A stretch of 64,000 bases of DNA. It comes from Octopus sinensis (Eukaryota). The stretch covers positions 167,276,001 to 167,340,000 of the forward strand of contig NC_042998.1 of the NCBI RefSeq assembly GCF_006345805.1, read 5' to 3'. Each line of letters starts with the position of its first letter. Positions within the stretch are counted from its first letter, which is position 1. The notes beneath the pieces were generated by a model. The model ran no database searches, was not told the DNA's origin, and saw only the letters and a program-made list of their open reading frames with translations. Shown piece after piece: positions 25,096 through 38,202 of the stretch. A program made the position numbers and the translations under genes.

Positions 25096-25929
25096 TGTTG
25101 TGTTATAATCTTTATAAGGATCTGTGTACCATACTGTCTCTGCTTGTCACCTCCGCTTGTTTTCCTCTTTTAAATATCAAGGAAGCAACTTCTGTATGAT
25201 TTGCTTTGATCTATGGACGGCACCTGGCTATACAACTCATGCATCGGCTAGGATTTTCTTTACTTTCACTTTTGAAATCATTCTATCATACCATTCATTT
25301 TTCGTAAGGCAATTTTATGTCACCCTTTTCTTTTCCATTCTTGAAAATACGTGTCAGGTAAGAAACCATACGCTTTCGTAACACACGCTACATTTTAAGC
25401 TACATCTTGTCTATGTCCATAAATATTTTTTGGCAAGCAATCTTCACCAAATTCCTTCTAAACTCACGAATATTTACTCATGGTAATTTTTTTTTTTGTT
25501 GGGGTTAAGTATGTGCACCTGTGCTTTTGTGGTTGCTGTTGTGTACCTTTTCCCTACGAATATGCAAATCAATATCGTCACCTTTCTCTGCTTTCTGTTC
25601 TTTTACTGCGTACATCTACGTTTGGGATTGTAAACTTTCTCTGATTCTTTTTTTTTTTAATCTTTACAATATTCTTCATCAATGTTTGGCTAAAGTAAGC
25701 GAGGTTCTTAAAACTATAAGGACAAAAAGTCCCTCGCAAAATAATCTTATTTTTTAACCCAAACTAAATCAGAATGGATACTGAAACGACCACAAAGTCT
25801 TCCTTCGGTAAGATTATATCAAATAACATTCTAATCTCTATAACGGATGTAAGACTAATTCCTTTAGGGAACTGGTGTAAAGACGCCAGTTGAACTGAAA
25901 GCACGAATATCATAATAATTGTTCCTAAT

Positions 25930-26909
25930 ATAGGCACAAGGGCAGAAATTTGATGGTAGGGAGTTAGTCGAGTAAATCGATTCCTGTACTTGACAATTGC
26001 TTTCTTTTATCGACCTGAAAAGGATGAAAGGCAAAGTTGACCTCGACAGGATTTGAACTCAAAATGAAACAACGTACTTTGTTCCACGTTCGACTGATTC
26101 TGACAATGATCAATTTTCGTTCCATTTATAAACATAAACGAAAGTATGGAAGTGTACTCCCAGGCCGTTTCGTACCCACAGGCCGTTTTGTACCCACAGG
26201 CCGCTACGTGCCTACAGGCCGTTATATATATATATATATATATATAATGTGCTTGAAAACGAGCATTTTAACCACTGAAACATGCCTCAGAGAGAAAAAA
26301 AAATGTCTTCGAACTACCAAGAAAAAGAGGCGTGCAGTAATAATTATTATTGAAAAGTTTGGCACAAAGCCAGTAAGTTCGGGGGAAAGGGTAAGTCGAT
26401 TACATTGACTCCAGTGTTCAAGTAATACTTATTTTATCGACCTCGAAAGGATAAAAGGTAAAGCTGCCTCGGCGGAATTTGAACTCAGAACGTAAAGAGC
26501 AGACGAAATACTGCGAGGCATTTCGCTTGGCGTGCTAAAATTTTGAGGAGGGAGTAAGTCGATCATATCGACCCCAGTATTCAACTGGTACTCATTTTAT
26601 CGACTCCGAAGGGATGAAAGGCAAAGTCGACCTCGGCGGAATTTGAACTCAGAATGTAGCAATAATCTCAGAATGTAATAATAATCGTTTCTACTAAAGG
26701 CACAAGGCCTGAAATTTGGTGGGGAGGAGACCAGTCGATTTCATTGATCCCAGTGTTTCACTAGTACTTAATTTATCGACACGTAGAAGATGGAAAGCAG
26801 AATTTGAACTCAGAATGTAGCGACGGGTGAAATATCGTTAAGCATTTGGTCCAGCGTGCTAACGATTCTGCCAGCCCGCCGCCTTAAGAATAATAATAAT
26901 AATAATAAC

Positions 26910-26990
<81 letters not shown>

Positions 26991-27290
26991 AAGAAGAAGA
27001 AGAAGAAGAAGAAGAAGAAGAAGAAGAAGAAGAAGAAGAAGAAGAAGAAGAAGAAGAACAAGAAGAACAAGAAGAACAAGAAGAAGAACAAGAAGAAGCT
27101 TTTCTACTAAAGGCACAAATTTTGAGGAAGGGGACTAGTCGATTGCATTGACCTCAGTGGTCGACTGGTACTTAATTTATCGACCCTGAAAGAATAAAAG
27201 GCAAAGTCGACTTCGGCGGAATTTGAACTCAGAACGTAGCGACGGACGAAATGCCGTTAAACATCTTCCCAGCGTGCTAACAATTTAGCC
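25930..27290 (-). mobile_element. Head-to-tail cluster of about five type A SINE copies interleaved with (AAT)n/(AAG)n
   Basis: The block GGCAAAGTCGACCTCGGCGGAATTTGAACTCAG (or close variants) occurs near 26030, 26460, 26620, 26790 and 27200, all in the same orientation. Confidence 0.85.
26154..26225. repeat. Minisatellite, 4 x 18 bp
   Basis: Unit GTACCCACAGGCCGTTT(C/T) with few substitutions. Confidence 0.9.
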
Positions 27291-27325
<35 letters not shown>

Positions 27326-27368
27326 TAATAATGATAATAATGATATAATGATAATAATGATAATAATG

Positions 27369-27400
<32 letters not shown>

Positions 27401-27408
27401 TAATAATA

Positions 27409-27461
<53 letters not shown>

Positions 27462-27478
27462 TGATGATGATAATGATA

Positions 27479-27534
<56 letters not shown>

Positions 27535-28175
27535 AATAATAAAAAGACGAAAAAAATGACTTATTATTCGTATTTGGGGCAAAATGTAGGTTCAACTAGA
27601 TTTCATTTAATAGAGCAGACAGGCTAGTAGTAAACATGAGTATGAGGGAAGAGGAAGTTATTTGGCCTCGTGCATAGTCACAAACGACTGTTATAAAAGA
27701 ACAGACTTACACTGCTTCTGTTAAGTTGTATTCAGGTCAAAGGTCGGTTATGTCAAACAGTGATAGAATTATTTTCTGCTTTAAAATTAATTGCTTTTTC
27801 ACGTATGGCTCGGTAACTCCTCTACGAATAGTAAGTAGTGAGACACTATTAAACAGACTGGTACGTTCTGTGAATGTTATTCATCATCATTATCATCAAC
27901 AGCCACAGCACCAGCAAGCGTGATAGGATCATCGTTGTCATCGTAAACAACGGCGTCATCGACACTGTTGTTGTAATGATTTTGCTACTGTTGTTGTCCC
28001 CACCGTCATAGTCATCGGCGGGAAATTTCGTTGTAGGAGTGAACAGGCGACTGAATTAATCCCGGTTTGACTAGAACTTTACTATATTGACCTCGAAAAG
28101 GTGGAAAGGTAATGCTAAGCGCGATGGGATTTGAATTCGCAATCTAAATTAAAGTGCTGGATGATGATGATAATC

Positions 28176-28210
<35 letters not shown>

Positions 28211-28214
28211 TTTT

Positions 28215-28500
28215 TTTTTTTATGCGCACTTTTTCAAGCCTAGCCAGGCTACTGGGCCCCGTTTCCCAGTTTCTATGGCGTATGTGTTCCCCAGAGCTGG
28301 ACGAGACGCCAGTCTATCGTAGCGTTACTCAAGAAACAAGAAGAAAGAGTGAGAGAAAGTTGGGGCGAAAGAGTACAACGACCCTGAAAGAATGAAAGGT
28401 AAAGTCGACCTCGACGGAGTTTGAACCCAGAACGAAAAGACGGACGAAATACCTCTATGCATTTTGCCCGGTGTGTTAATGCTTCTGCCAGCTCATCGCC
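28215..28500 (-). mobile_element. Chimeric SINE: type A head joined to a type C body with a third tail and poly(A)
   Basis: 28380-28500 matches type A. 28340-28380 matches the type C body (CTTTCTCTCACTCTTTCTTC). 28215-28335 is a distinct tail ending in an A-run. Confidence 0.6.
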
Positions 28501-28830
28501 TATAACAACAACAACAACAACAATAATAATAATGGAATCACTCATCGAAGACGATGTATGAGCGTTCAGATTTTGCCAAACGACCTGCACAAATGATTTG
28601 TTTATAGTGATCAAATGTTCGTGCGGCACATTAGCTCGCTCTCTCCACCAAATGGACGTTGTCTGAATGGGTGCGCTGTGTAACATGCGTCAGGTGTTGA
28701 AATGATCGAAGAACAACTTAAGATGATGTGCTTTCCTCAAGAACACAGCCGGTCTAGGAATTGAAATCACGTTCGCTGGATCGTGAATGCAACATCTTAA
28801 CCATAATAATAATGATAATAATGGTGGTGG

Positions 28831-28882
<52 letters not shown>

Positions 28883-28924
28883 AATAATAATAATAATAAT
28901 AATAATAATATTAATAATAATAAT

Positions 28925-29463
28925 AAACGCTGAAAAAAAGGAGACTGAGAATACTATACTAGCAGCGCAAAAACAAGCTTTGGCCACTAATTGGAGGATC
29001 AATTTTAGGAATGGGCAAGTGTCTCCGTTGTGCCACATTTGTAATAGAGTGGTCGAAACCATTGTCCATATCATTTACGAATGCCCTAGATTGCCCAAAA
29101 CCACTGCAAGTTGTGGCAACAAGATGAGGTAGCGAAAGTGCTACATTGGAAACTGTGAAAAGTGAGTACTAGTGAGAGGCAAGACGGAGTATGAGCACTA
29201 ACCGTAGAAAGTGGTAGAATCGGGGACTTGCAAACTCCTCCCAATCCAAACCGATCAGGTGCTAGAACAAAACAGACCGGACCTGGTGGTTGTCGACAAG
29301 ATGCACCACATGTGCTATATAGTTGATTTTGTGTGCCCTTCTGATCCACGAATAGCCAAGAAGGAAGGTAAAAAAAAAATAGATATATATACAATCCTCT
29401 TAAGTATGAAATAGCCCGGCTATGGAAAATGAAAAGGGTGAAGATAGTGCCAATCATTGTTGG
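28925..29463 (+). mobile_element. R4/Dong-like C-terminal fragment (CCHC plus restriction-like endonuclease)
   Basis: CHICNRVVETIVHIIYEC and NRPDLVVVDK..CYIVDFVCPSD..KE, then LKYEIARLWKMKRVKIVPIIVG. It begins immediately after a (TAA)n tract. Confidence 0.85.
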
Positions 29464-29474
29464 GTTCTTTTGTT

Positions 29475-29848
29475 TCAAGATGAAAGGTGTTTGTCCATCA
29501 GGATAATGCTCGGCCACATACAGCGAAGATGACATTCCAAAGGCTGGAGCAGTTTGAATATTCGCCGGACATTGCCCCATCTGATTATCATTTATTCCGC
29601 AGTCTTCAAATTCACTTGGACGGGAAAAATATGAACTCTGTGGACGAAGTCAGAACAGTTCTGGAGAAGTATTTTTTGTCAGGGCAAGTGACTATTAGAA
29701 GGGGAGCCTTGCAAGTCTACCAGATAGATTGAAGAGCATTGTAGAAAATGAAGGAGAGTATATTTTAGATTAAAAAAGAACTTTGTTTATCTTAATTTTG
29801 AAAATTTAAAAGAATTATAAAAACCGCATTATTTATGGGATGACCCAA
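29475..29848 (+). mobile_element. Mariner transposon 3' fragment
   Basis: HQDNARPH and YSPDIAPSDYHLFRSL motifs. The terminal TTATTTATGGGATGACCCAA is followed by TA. Confidence 0.85.
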
Positions 29849-30122
29849 TACAAGAGCGGCGAGAGCAGTCAGCCCTGGACCATGCATAATGGTTCCGAGC
29901 GATGACACTTTACCTTAACTACAGATACCACCTAATTGTTTTTCACTATAGCCACAGGGCCTGAAATTTAAGAGAGTTTAGACAATACGATCCATCTCAG
30001 TACTTCACTGGTATTATATTTTATTGGCCCCTAAAAGAATCAGTGAAAAAAGTTTATTTATGAATTCTTATTGGATAACAGATTAAGTATGAAATATAAA
30101 AATAAATCATGAAAATATTCTA

Positions 30123-31005
30123 CGTGGTGATATCAAAAGGTTCCCGGACTAGCTATGTTTAATAAAAAATAAGTTACTTAGCTAAGTTTTAACATCTTCT
30201 TTGAAATAGTCACCTTCCGCAGCCAGCACTACACCGATCCCAGCGTTCTTGCCATTGTTGGAATCCGGCCTGGAAGTCGTTTTCTGTGAGCGAGTCGCGA
30301 ACCCTCTACGATTCGCTCTTGATCTCGACAAAGGTGTTAAAACGGCGACCTTTTCAGTTTGGGGAAAAGATGGAATTCCGCAGGTGCTAAATTTGGTGAA
30401 TAGGGTGGGTGTGGAAGCGATACCATATTGTCTTTGGAGAGGAACTCACGAGTGAGGAGAGCACGGTGAAGAATTGAATTCTTCATGCTTCACAGATCTG
30501 GTCGCTTTCGCCGAATGTCCTCCTTCAGACGCTTCTAAACCTCGCAGTACAAATTTCGATTGTCGGTCTTGGGGGTCAAATTCTCGATGCACAACCCCAC
30601 ATTTCCGGGAATGACGCTCGTGGCAGGTCTTTGATATTGCTCATCGTCTTCCAGGAACGTTCTTCCGCTTTTGAAGCACCCATGCCACTTGAAGCATTGC
30701 GCACGACCCATTGCTTGGTCGCTGTAAGTTTGCCGAAGCATGCCCAATGTCTCTGTAGCAGACTTCCCAAGTTTAACGCAAGCTTTCGAATTGGCTCTTT
30801 GTTCCTGTCCATGACAAAATCGCAGTCTACAGCATAGACGTGACTACAAAACAACGAATTTCACAACTTGCAAAGTAAACACAGCTATGTCATCGGCACA
30901 CTACCTCAATAAGGTCACTGCTAGCTCTCATTGTTCACGGAACTGTGTGCTGCCATCTGTTGACGCGCTACAGAACCAGTCCGGGAACTTTTTGATACCA
31001 CCTCG
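30123..31005 (-). mobile_element. Internally deleted mariner with both TIRs
   Basis: TA-flanked TIRs CGTGGTGATATCAAAAGGTTCCCGGACT and AGTCCGGGAACTTTTTGATACCACCTCG. The minus strand encodes an HTH-like MLRQTYSDQAMGRAQCFKW..FKSGR and PHPPYSP.LAP. Confidence 0.9.
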
Positions 31006-31299
31006 TATAATTATTAATTATTCTATTTGTGTATATATGAAATTAAAGCCCTAATTTACTTGCAGGGGGTAATTTAGCCGGGTCAATTGTCTTCAATTAC
31101 CCAGGAGGCAGTTGTCAAGGAGTAATTATCCGGAGACAGTTGTTGGAAAGATAGTTGACCTGATGCTAAATTTGAGGCCTGGCGTCTTTGTCAGAAACCA
31201 ATATACTTAATATGCTTCATTTTACGTATTTGTGTGCTTGTTTATGCGTGACTGTACATATGTGTGTGAGCAAGTGAGCAAAAGAGAGAGGTGGGGAGG

Positions 31300-31332
31300 A
31301 ACAGAGGAGAGAAATAAAGAAAAGAAAGAAAA

Positions 31333-31364
<32 letters not shown>

Positions 31365-31484
31365 CAGTAAGAAAGAAAGAAATAAAGAAAGAAAGTAAGA
31401 AAGAAAGCAAGATAGAAAGTAAGAAAGAAAGAAAGAAAGAGAAAGGAAGAAAGCAAGCAAGCAAGAAAAAAGAAAGAAAGAAAA

Positions 31485-31517
<33 letters not shown>

Positions 31518-31536
31518 CAGTAAGAAAACAAGCAAG

Positions 31537-31569
<33 letters not shown>

Positions 31570-31615
31570 AAGAGAGAAAGAGAGAAAGAGAGAAAGAAAG
31601 AAAGAAAGAAAGAGT
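31300..31615. repeat. (AAAG)n purine-rich microsatellite
   Basis: Direct inspection. Confidence 0.95.
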
Positions 31616-32278
31616 TATGGGTGTGTGTGTCCTTGTGTTTAAACTCCTTCATTAAGAAAAACATTCTCTTCCTAAATCATAGTTTAGACAGTGAAGTACA
31701 AAAATATGGTGAAGGCAAAAAAATGGGAAATATAAGTGAGGCGATAATGATAATGTAGGCAGTGTGAAAGGATTGCCATATGCTATTTTTAACAAACGAT
31801 CTTCAGTTTTATTTTAATTTCTCAATATGTTTTGACACCACTATTACAGATTTATAAATAACCTCTAGTTTCCGTTAAACTCGAATCGGTAGTTTCAAAC
31901 CTATAGATAATGATTTCTTTCGAAAGGGTACAAATAATAGACTTTTATTCATCGAAAAGGATTTTAACCCAATATTTACCCGTTATGACTCATAGCTTTA
32001 TTTGCTTTGACAGTTCCCCCACCCCACCCCAAAAAATTATTTCACGTTCTCTCAAAGTTTCTAATTTCTTAGAACATCAACAGCATACAATTCTTGCTGA
32101 TAAGAACAAAGTTTATAAAATGAATAGAGACAATGGAAGAAATGTTTTGGTCTAGAAAATATCTACCATATTTTATAGAAAATATGGGTTCGAATCCCCC
32201 GTAAGCTTTTAACTTTTTTCAAACCAAAGGGCTTTTTAACTGAAAATTTACATGTTATTATTCAAAACTCTCTGTCTG

Positions 32279-32367
<89 letters not shown>

Positions 32368-32649
32368 TTTCAGTTTCACTGTTCTTAAGTAGAATAAAGA
32401 GACAAATACAAACTGATATTACCAATTTAAAAATGCGATATACATATCCCGACCAAATCTACATCATAATCACAGTTTCAATCTCCACTATATACATTAG
32501 ATTCTCACACACAAACCTACGCTTATTCGATTACACACCCAATATCATAATCATGAACCCTATTAACTTTAATAAGCCGGTGTACGCAATTGAGGCAATA
32601 CAAAATTAAAGCATCTATCTTTATCTTATCATTTTTATCGATTTCATTC

Positions 32650-32858
32650 ATTAGACTGGAGTCGAATAAATTGACTCCAGTACTTGTCTTTTTTTAACTC
32701 TGGTATTTATTTTATCGGTTTCTGTTTGCCGAAATGCTAGGTTACAAGATGGTAAACAAACCGACACCGGTTGTCAAGAGGTGGTGTGAGACAATACAGA
32801 CACAAAGGCACACATATACACACATATAAACACACTATCACACACACACACGTGTGTG

Positions 32859-32897
<39 letters not shown>

Positions 32898-33060
32898 GAT
32901 GGACTTCTTTTATTTTCCGTCTACAAAATACACATACTAGGCTTTGGTCGGCTCCAGGCTATAGTAAAAGACACTTGTCCAATATGCAACGCAGTGGGAC
33001 TAAACTTGGAAACATGGTTGGGCAGCAAGCTTCTAACCACAAAGCCACACCTACGCATAT
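32650..33060 (-). mobile_element. SINE, type B, with an internal (CA)n(TA)n tract
   Basis: Reverse-complement homology to 58590-58957. Confidence 0.75.
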
Positions 33061-33149
33061 GTATTATATTTAATGTCAATGTTCATAGGTAAAATACTGC
33101 AGCTTCGAGCGATATAAAATCTTCTATAGTGATACTCTGTTAAAAACAT

Positions 33150-34800
33150 GATGTGAGATATATCGGAAGCAGATACATCGACCTAGTGACAGCATGCGAA
33201 AACGCCAGATGCATTTCGGCCTTGTTGAGTGTTGTCAATGATGTGCACTCGAGCTCACGTGTGTACGAAATGTGTCGCTTTTCATATAGCAATAATAAAT
33301 ATTGCTACAAAATCTCTAATTACTCTGGAAAAATTTAATATCCCCCTAAACAATCTACACCCAACTCTCCAATTTACAAAGGAGAGGATTAGTACCAAAT
33401 TACAATTTCAAGTCACAGTGATAATTAAAATGACACCACCATCACCATTGATATATGCTATAAACATACAGACACGCATCAATACCCGAACTTCAACTCG
33501 TGCCATCCAACACATACAACACATACAAAATGCAATGCCTAGCCAGAAAAATGTGTACTGTTGTAGAAGATGTGAATAACAGAACTCAAAGAACTTCTAC
33601 TCAAACAAAAATGCCTATATCTACTTATAGGAAATGTTATACAGCGTACTATAGAAATACCCCAAAAGAGGAAAACAAGAACAAATCATGTCATTTATAG
33701 TGACACACAATCCATGTCACCAAATTATCTTTAGCATTGCCAAAGCAAACTTACCGATCATTGCTCAAAGTAATGAATAAACGAATATAAGTAAAAGATA
33801 TCCGAGAAACTTGAAAAAAGTTTGACCCAAGTCAAAGTTTGATCTAAGCAACAATGACGAAGAATTCATTGTATCTAAATGCAACGACAATCGATGTGGT
33901 ACATGTCACTTTATACATATCGGTCCATATATGAACACAAAAACGGAAAGAATATTTATATATACAAATATGAACTGCAAAAGCAAAAATTTAATTTGCT
34001 GCATCAAATACCCGAATTGTAATGTGATATACATTGGTCAGACTGGGAATACATTACCGAAACGTTCACGTGTGCACCGACAGCAAATCAGGAATCCTGA
34101 TGTCTGTCAGACACCTTCAAGCAACCATCTGGCAACATGTGGTCAGTAAAGTTTATGATATTCCCATTCTACAAATTACATAACTCAAGTGAAATTGAGA
34201 GAAAAGTCAGAGAAAAGAATTTTATTGACAAATTCAAACCCGTTCTAAATGAGCAGTTATAGTAACACTGATAATTATAAAGATGATGGCAATAATAATA
34301 CTCACTACTACTATTATTACTACTTCTACTACCACCACCACTAAGAACAACAATGATAAAAGTGATGGGAGGATGTTAGTAGTATTAACCAAATGAACAT
34401 TGTAAAGAGATTCTACTGAAATGTAAAAATTTCCGGAGTAACAATAGAATTCAATGAAAACAGAAATGCTGTTTATATTCCAAAATATAGCTAAACAAGT
34501 ATTCTTTTGGGTGCAGTCAAAATCAAGAATCCTTGACCTGCCAACCAAATCATGATGACTAAGCCACATACTGATTGGTTGAAATACAGTTAGAACTTAG
34601 TTGGTGCGCTCACCAAACCATAAGATCTAATCCACATGCTGATTGGTCAAAATACTGTTCCTAAGACTCGGCCTGTTGGAGCCCATCGGAGAGTATTTAA
34701 AGGGATAAATCCAACTATTTCACTACAGTTTCCAATTGTTGAACACGGTTTTCACTACATAAACCTGATTATTGCATAATGCATGAAAGTACTAGTTTAT
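33150..34800 (+). mobile_element. Decayed Penelope-like element (RT C-terminus, GIY-YIG endonuclease, pLTR-like 3' region)
   Basis: LNNLHPTLQFTKE, KHTDTHQYPNFNSCHP, LARKMCTVV, C.DNRCGTC and CKSKNLICCIKYPNCNVIYIGQTG..LPKR..VH. Downstream are two CTGATTGG boxes, TATTTAAA and a hammerhead motif. Confidence 0.85.
34759..34800 (+). ncRNA. Minimal type I hammerhead motif in the Penelope 3' region (G8U, likely inactive)
   Basis: ATAAAC CTGATTA TTGCATAATGCAT GAAA GTAC TA / GTTTAT. Stem I has 6 bp and stem III is the palindrome AGTACT. Confidence 0.6.
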
Positions 34801-34875
34801 TTCAATATTGTAAAATTGTAAAATTATAAAAATTGCAAATAATAAAACGTGAAAATCAAATGTTGGAATTTCATG

Positions 34876-34906
<31 letters not shown>

Positions 34907-35666
34907 TGTGTGTGGTGTGTGTGTGTGTGTGTGTGTTGTGTGTGTGTCTGTTATATTATATATATACGCACACATGCACACATCCACCATCAGGTTATCC
35001 ATAGTTACATATGTATGTATGTATGTATGTATGTATGTGTGTGTATGTATGTATGTATGTATGTATGTGTGCGTATGTATGTATGTATGTATGTATGTAT
35101 GTGTGTATGTATGTGTGTGTATGTGTGTATGTATGTATGTATGTATGTATGTATGTAGTGGTCGAGTCGATAGAGTGCTTGCGCCTTTTTATCAAACCAA
35201 TGCAACCTGACTCGCAATACTCAGCTTGTTTTGGAATTTAAGCCTGTAAAAAAGTAATCTTAACAAAATTGAAAATGTAAAAGAAGTAAACTTACGGAGA
35301 AGGTAAAAGGCGGGCAGAGAGGAAAAAACTAAAGAATGAAAGATATGAAGTAAGAAGTAATAAGAAAATTAGAAGAGATCATGAAAACGAATACAAACAT
35401 AGTTAAAAGAGTAATCTAAAAAATGGTGGCAACGAAACACGATGAAAGAAATGCAGAAAGAAATACGAAACAAAGAAATGAAAACCCCGTTGATTACTAA
35501 ATCGGGGGTATTCTACGATAGAATGTTCAATGTAAATGGTTCTTCTAAGATTACAACGTTTTACTTCGAGTAAAGTAGGATAAACTAGATACCGGGAACT
35601 GTAGTTTTAGGAACGAGGTGATGAAAGGAGATAGGAAATAACCTCCCGATTACTTGATGAATATGA

Positions 35667-35717
<51 letters not shown>

Positions 35718-36693
35718 CTGTGTATGAGTGTGTGTGTGTGTACGCGCATGCGTGCGTCCGTATAGCAAGAGAACAAAGAATTACTTAGAAGCTGCATATC
35801 ACCAGAATGCCCCTTTTGTTATGTTAGATTTCATTAGCGTGTTCTCAGTTCTCAAAACCAAGGTGATATTGCATGCTTTAGTTAGGTGTTGAATAGCTGT
35901 TAGAACTAATTCGGATCATTTGACAAGTTGTACATCTTTTATAATCCACGTATGTGATAATTATCGTAGTGTGATATAATATCCATGAGTCGCTTTATCT
36001 CTGTTCAAAACACCTTTCGAGAATACGTTTTTGTCAATACTTAAGTATCTGTAGCATTTTTTTTCATATATATTAGAAGGAAAATAGAAAGACCGCTTGT
36101 GGAAATGTTTCGGATTTGCAAACTCTCCAATGTCAGGGCGCTACTAACAGCCGGCATCTTACGGGCTTGAAACTCAAGAATAACCGAAAGGATACGGGAG
36201 ATAATACGTGAGATAATACCCACCAACACGAATTTCGATGTGTTAATCAATTTTTTATATAAAAAATGTTCTCTAACCGGTAAATTGGCTGCTGTAATTT
36301 ATTAACTGCAGAGTAATTTCCGGCTTCAGCGCGCCAAAGTGAAGGCATTTGAACGATACACCTAAATATAAAGTGTAGAACTTTATATATACTCGATTTC
36401 GGTTGAGCGTTCTGTATCTAGTTCTGGAAATTATGTTTTGTAAACGACCGACTATGCTGATGATCTTGCAGATATCTATGTGTCCATATACGTAAATATT
36501 AACAAGTGAAACCAATGGTACATAGGTTATCATTTTTTATTTCGTATATTTTCATTTGTCTTGCTTACTTTTACATTTTTTTGCTGAATTTTTTCTTGAG
36601 AATACATTCTTCATGGTAATGGCGATTTGACTTCTATGTTTAGCATATAGGCTGTCCACTTTTGTGGTCATTCCTCTAAATTTTGTGTGTGTG

Positions 36694-36727
<34 letters not shown>

Positions 36728-37270
36728 CATACACACACAGAGTGAGTGAGAGAGAGATACATACATGCATCATACATACATAAATGCATTTATATACATA
36801 TATGCATATATACATTTGCATGTATTTGTATAATTAACTGAAAAGAGCTTAAACATGAATTAAAAGTGACGCGGGTAGAGAAAGGGAAAAGTGGGAAGAA
36901 GACAGAGAGACAGACAGATAGACAGAAAGCTACACTGACAGATAGACAGTAAGTTAAACAGACAGGAAATGTCAAGAGAGATTTTTAAATATGCGCTTAC
37001 GTATTGAGTGCCTGCGCCTGTGTCATCCAGCCTTGCAGTCTCGTTGCTAATCAATGGCTACCTTCTTAAATATCACGTTACATGAATCTATATGCGCGCA
37101 CGCGCGAGTGAGAGTATGCCTTTTCCATTTTATCTTCTATCTTTTATTGGTTTCAGCCAGAGAATGAGACCCTGCTAGAGTACCGCTTGTCAGTGTGTTT
37201 GCTTTCCTTTTCTGTACTGTCTTTGAAGCCGTGTGTTGGACGGAGCTGCACTTCTTGTATGTATGTGTGT

Positions 37271-37675
37271 CGATGAGAGGTCGACGGTCACCCTGGATGA
37301 GATTGGTCTTCGAGCAAACAAGTGACTATTTCTAAAGCGTGAAAACCACTCGTAAACTTGTGTTTTGCTCATGGCAGCGTCCTTGTAAGCTGCTCAAAGC
37401 ATGACAACTGTTTCGGCCGCCGTTTTTTCCCTGCAGTAAACAGAATTTCACGCAAGCGCGCCGTTCCTTCGTTCCAGCCATCGCAAAAATCGACAAACCG
37501 GAGGGAAGCACTGCAAAATAAAGACGCACCACGTGGCAGTACGACCCAATTCAATGATGCTGGTCAGCAGACTGATGCTTGAGGGCCCCATCGAGTAGCT
37601 TCTAGTGGCAGAAGCGTGAACTACAACTGGCTTGTCCCACGGAGAACGTTTCAGGTTACTTTTGGGTACCTCCTC

Positions 37676-37676
<1 letters not shown>
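37271..37676 (-). mobile_element. Mariner 5' fragment
   Basis: TA then CGAGGAGGTACCCAAAAGTAAC. It encodes MAGTKERRACVKFC and AAMSKTQVYEWFSRFR, and is the same family as 50743-51247. Confidence 0.85.
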
Positions 37677-37721
<45 letters not shown>

Positions 37722-37808
37722 GGAAAGTTTACGAAAATAAGCAAAAGACGAAGGCAGGGGGTGTACAAACAAACAAATGTATTAGTATAGCGCTCAGGAA
37801 TAGAAAAA

Positions 37809-37850
37809 GTATTTTACGTTTCGAGCCTACGCTCTTCTACAGAAAGATAC
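37809..37850 (-). ncRNA. Minimal hammerhead-like motif with a CUGUAGA core (A6U)
   Basis: Minus strand reads GTATCTTT CTGTAGA A GAGC GTAG GCTC GAAA CGTA / AAATAC. Confidence 0.45.
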
Positions 37851-37897
37851 ACACAAAAAAGCAAGAAACATATATATATATATATATATATATACAT

Positions 37898-38202
37898 ACA
37901 TTGTTGTATTTCGGGATGGTTATTACGTTTTTTTTTTTGTCAAATAAACACATGCACTATATATTACTTTTCTTCACTCGTTTATTACTGTTCTTGAAGA
38001 GAATGGAGTAAGTGGAGCAAGAACACACACGAAAATAAAAAGTGTCGCGCTGAAGAGGTCAGAGATGTGTGACGAAAGATTTCCGGACAATGGACATAGG
38101 TTAAAATAATAAAATAAGAGCAGCAATAAACGAGTGAAGAAAAAATATATACTGCGTGTGTTTACATGGCCAAAAAAATGGCCATCCTGAAATACAATAA
38201 GT
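37898..38202. mobile_element. Element with about 90-bp imperfect inverted repeats enclosing a hammerhead
   Basis: 37898-37995 is the reverse complement of 38116-38202, e.g. TTTTCTTCACTCGTTTATTACTGTTCTT / AAGAGCAGCAATAAACGAGTGAAGAAAA. Confidence 0.7.
38043..38089 (+). ncRNA. Minimal type I hammerhead with an intact canonical core
   Basis: TGTCGCG CTGAAGA G GTCA GAGATGTG TGAC GAAA GATT TC / CGGACA. Predicted cleavage is after C38083. Confidence 0.6.

Noticed and set aside
26154-26225. CRISPR-like or coding repeat (VPTGRF x4)
   Set aside because: The units are contiguous with no spacers, so it is a simple minisatellite in a eukaryotic context.
27734-27746. DR1 nuclear-receptor motif AGGTCA-A-AGGTCG
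   Set aside because: One near-match is plausible by chance in 64 kb, and there is no other support.
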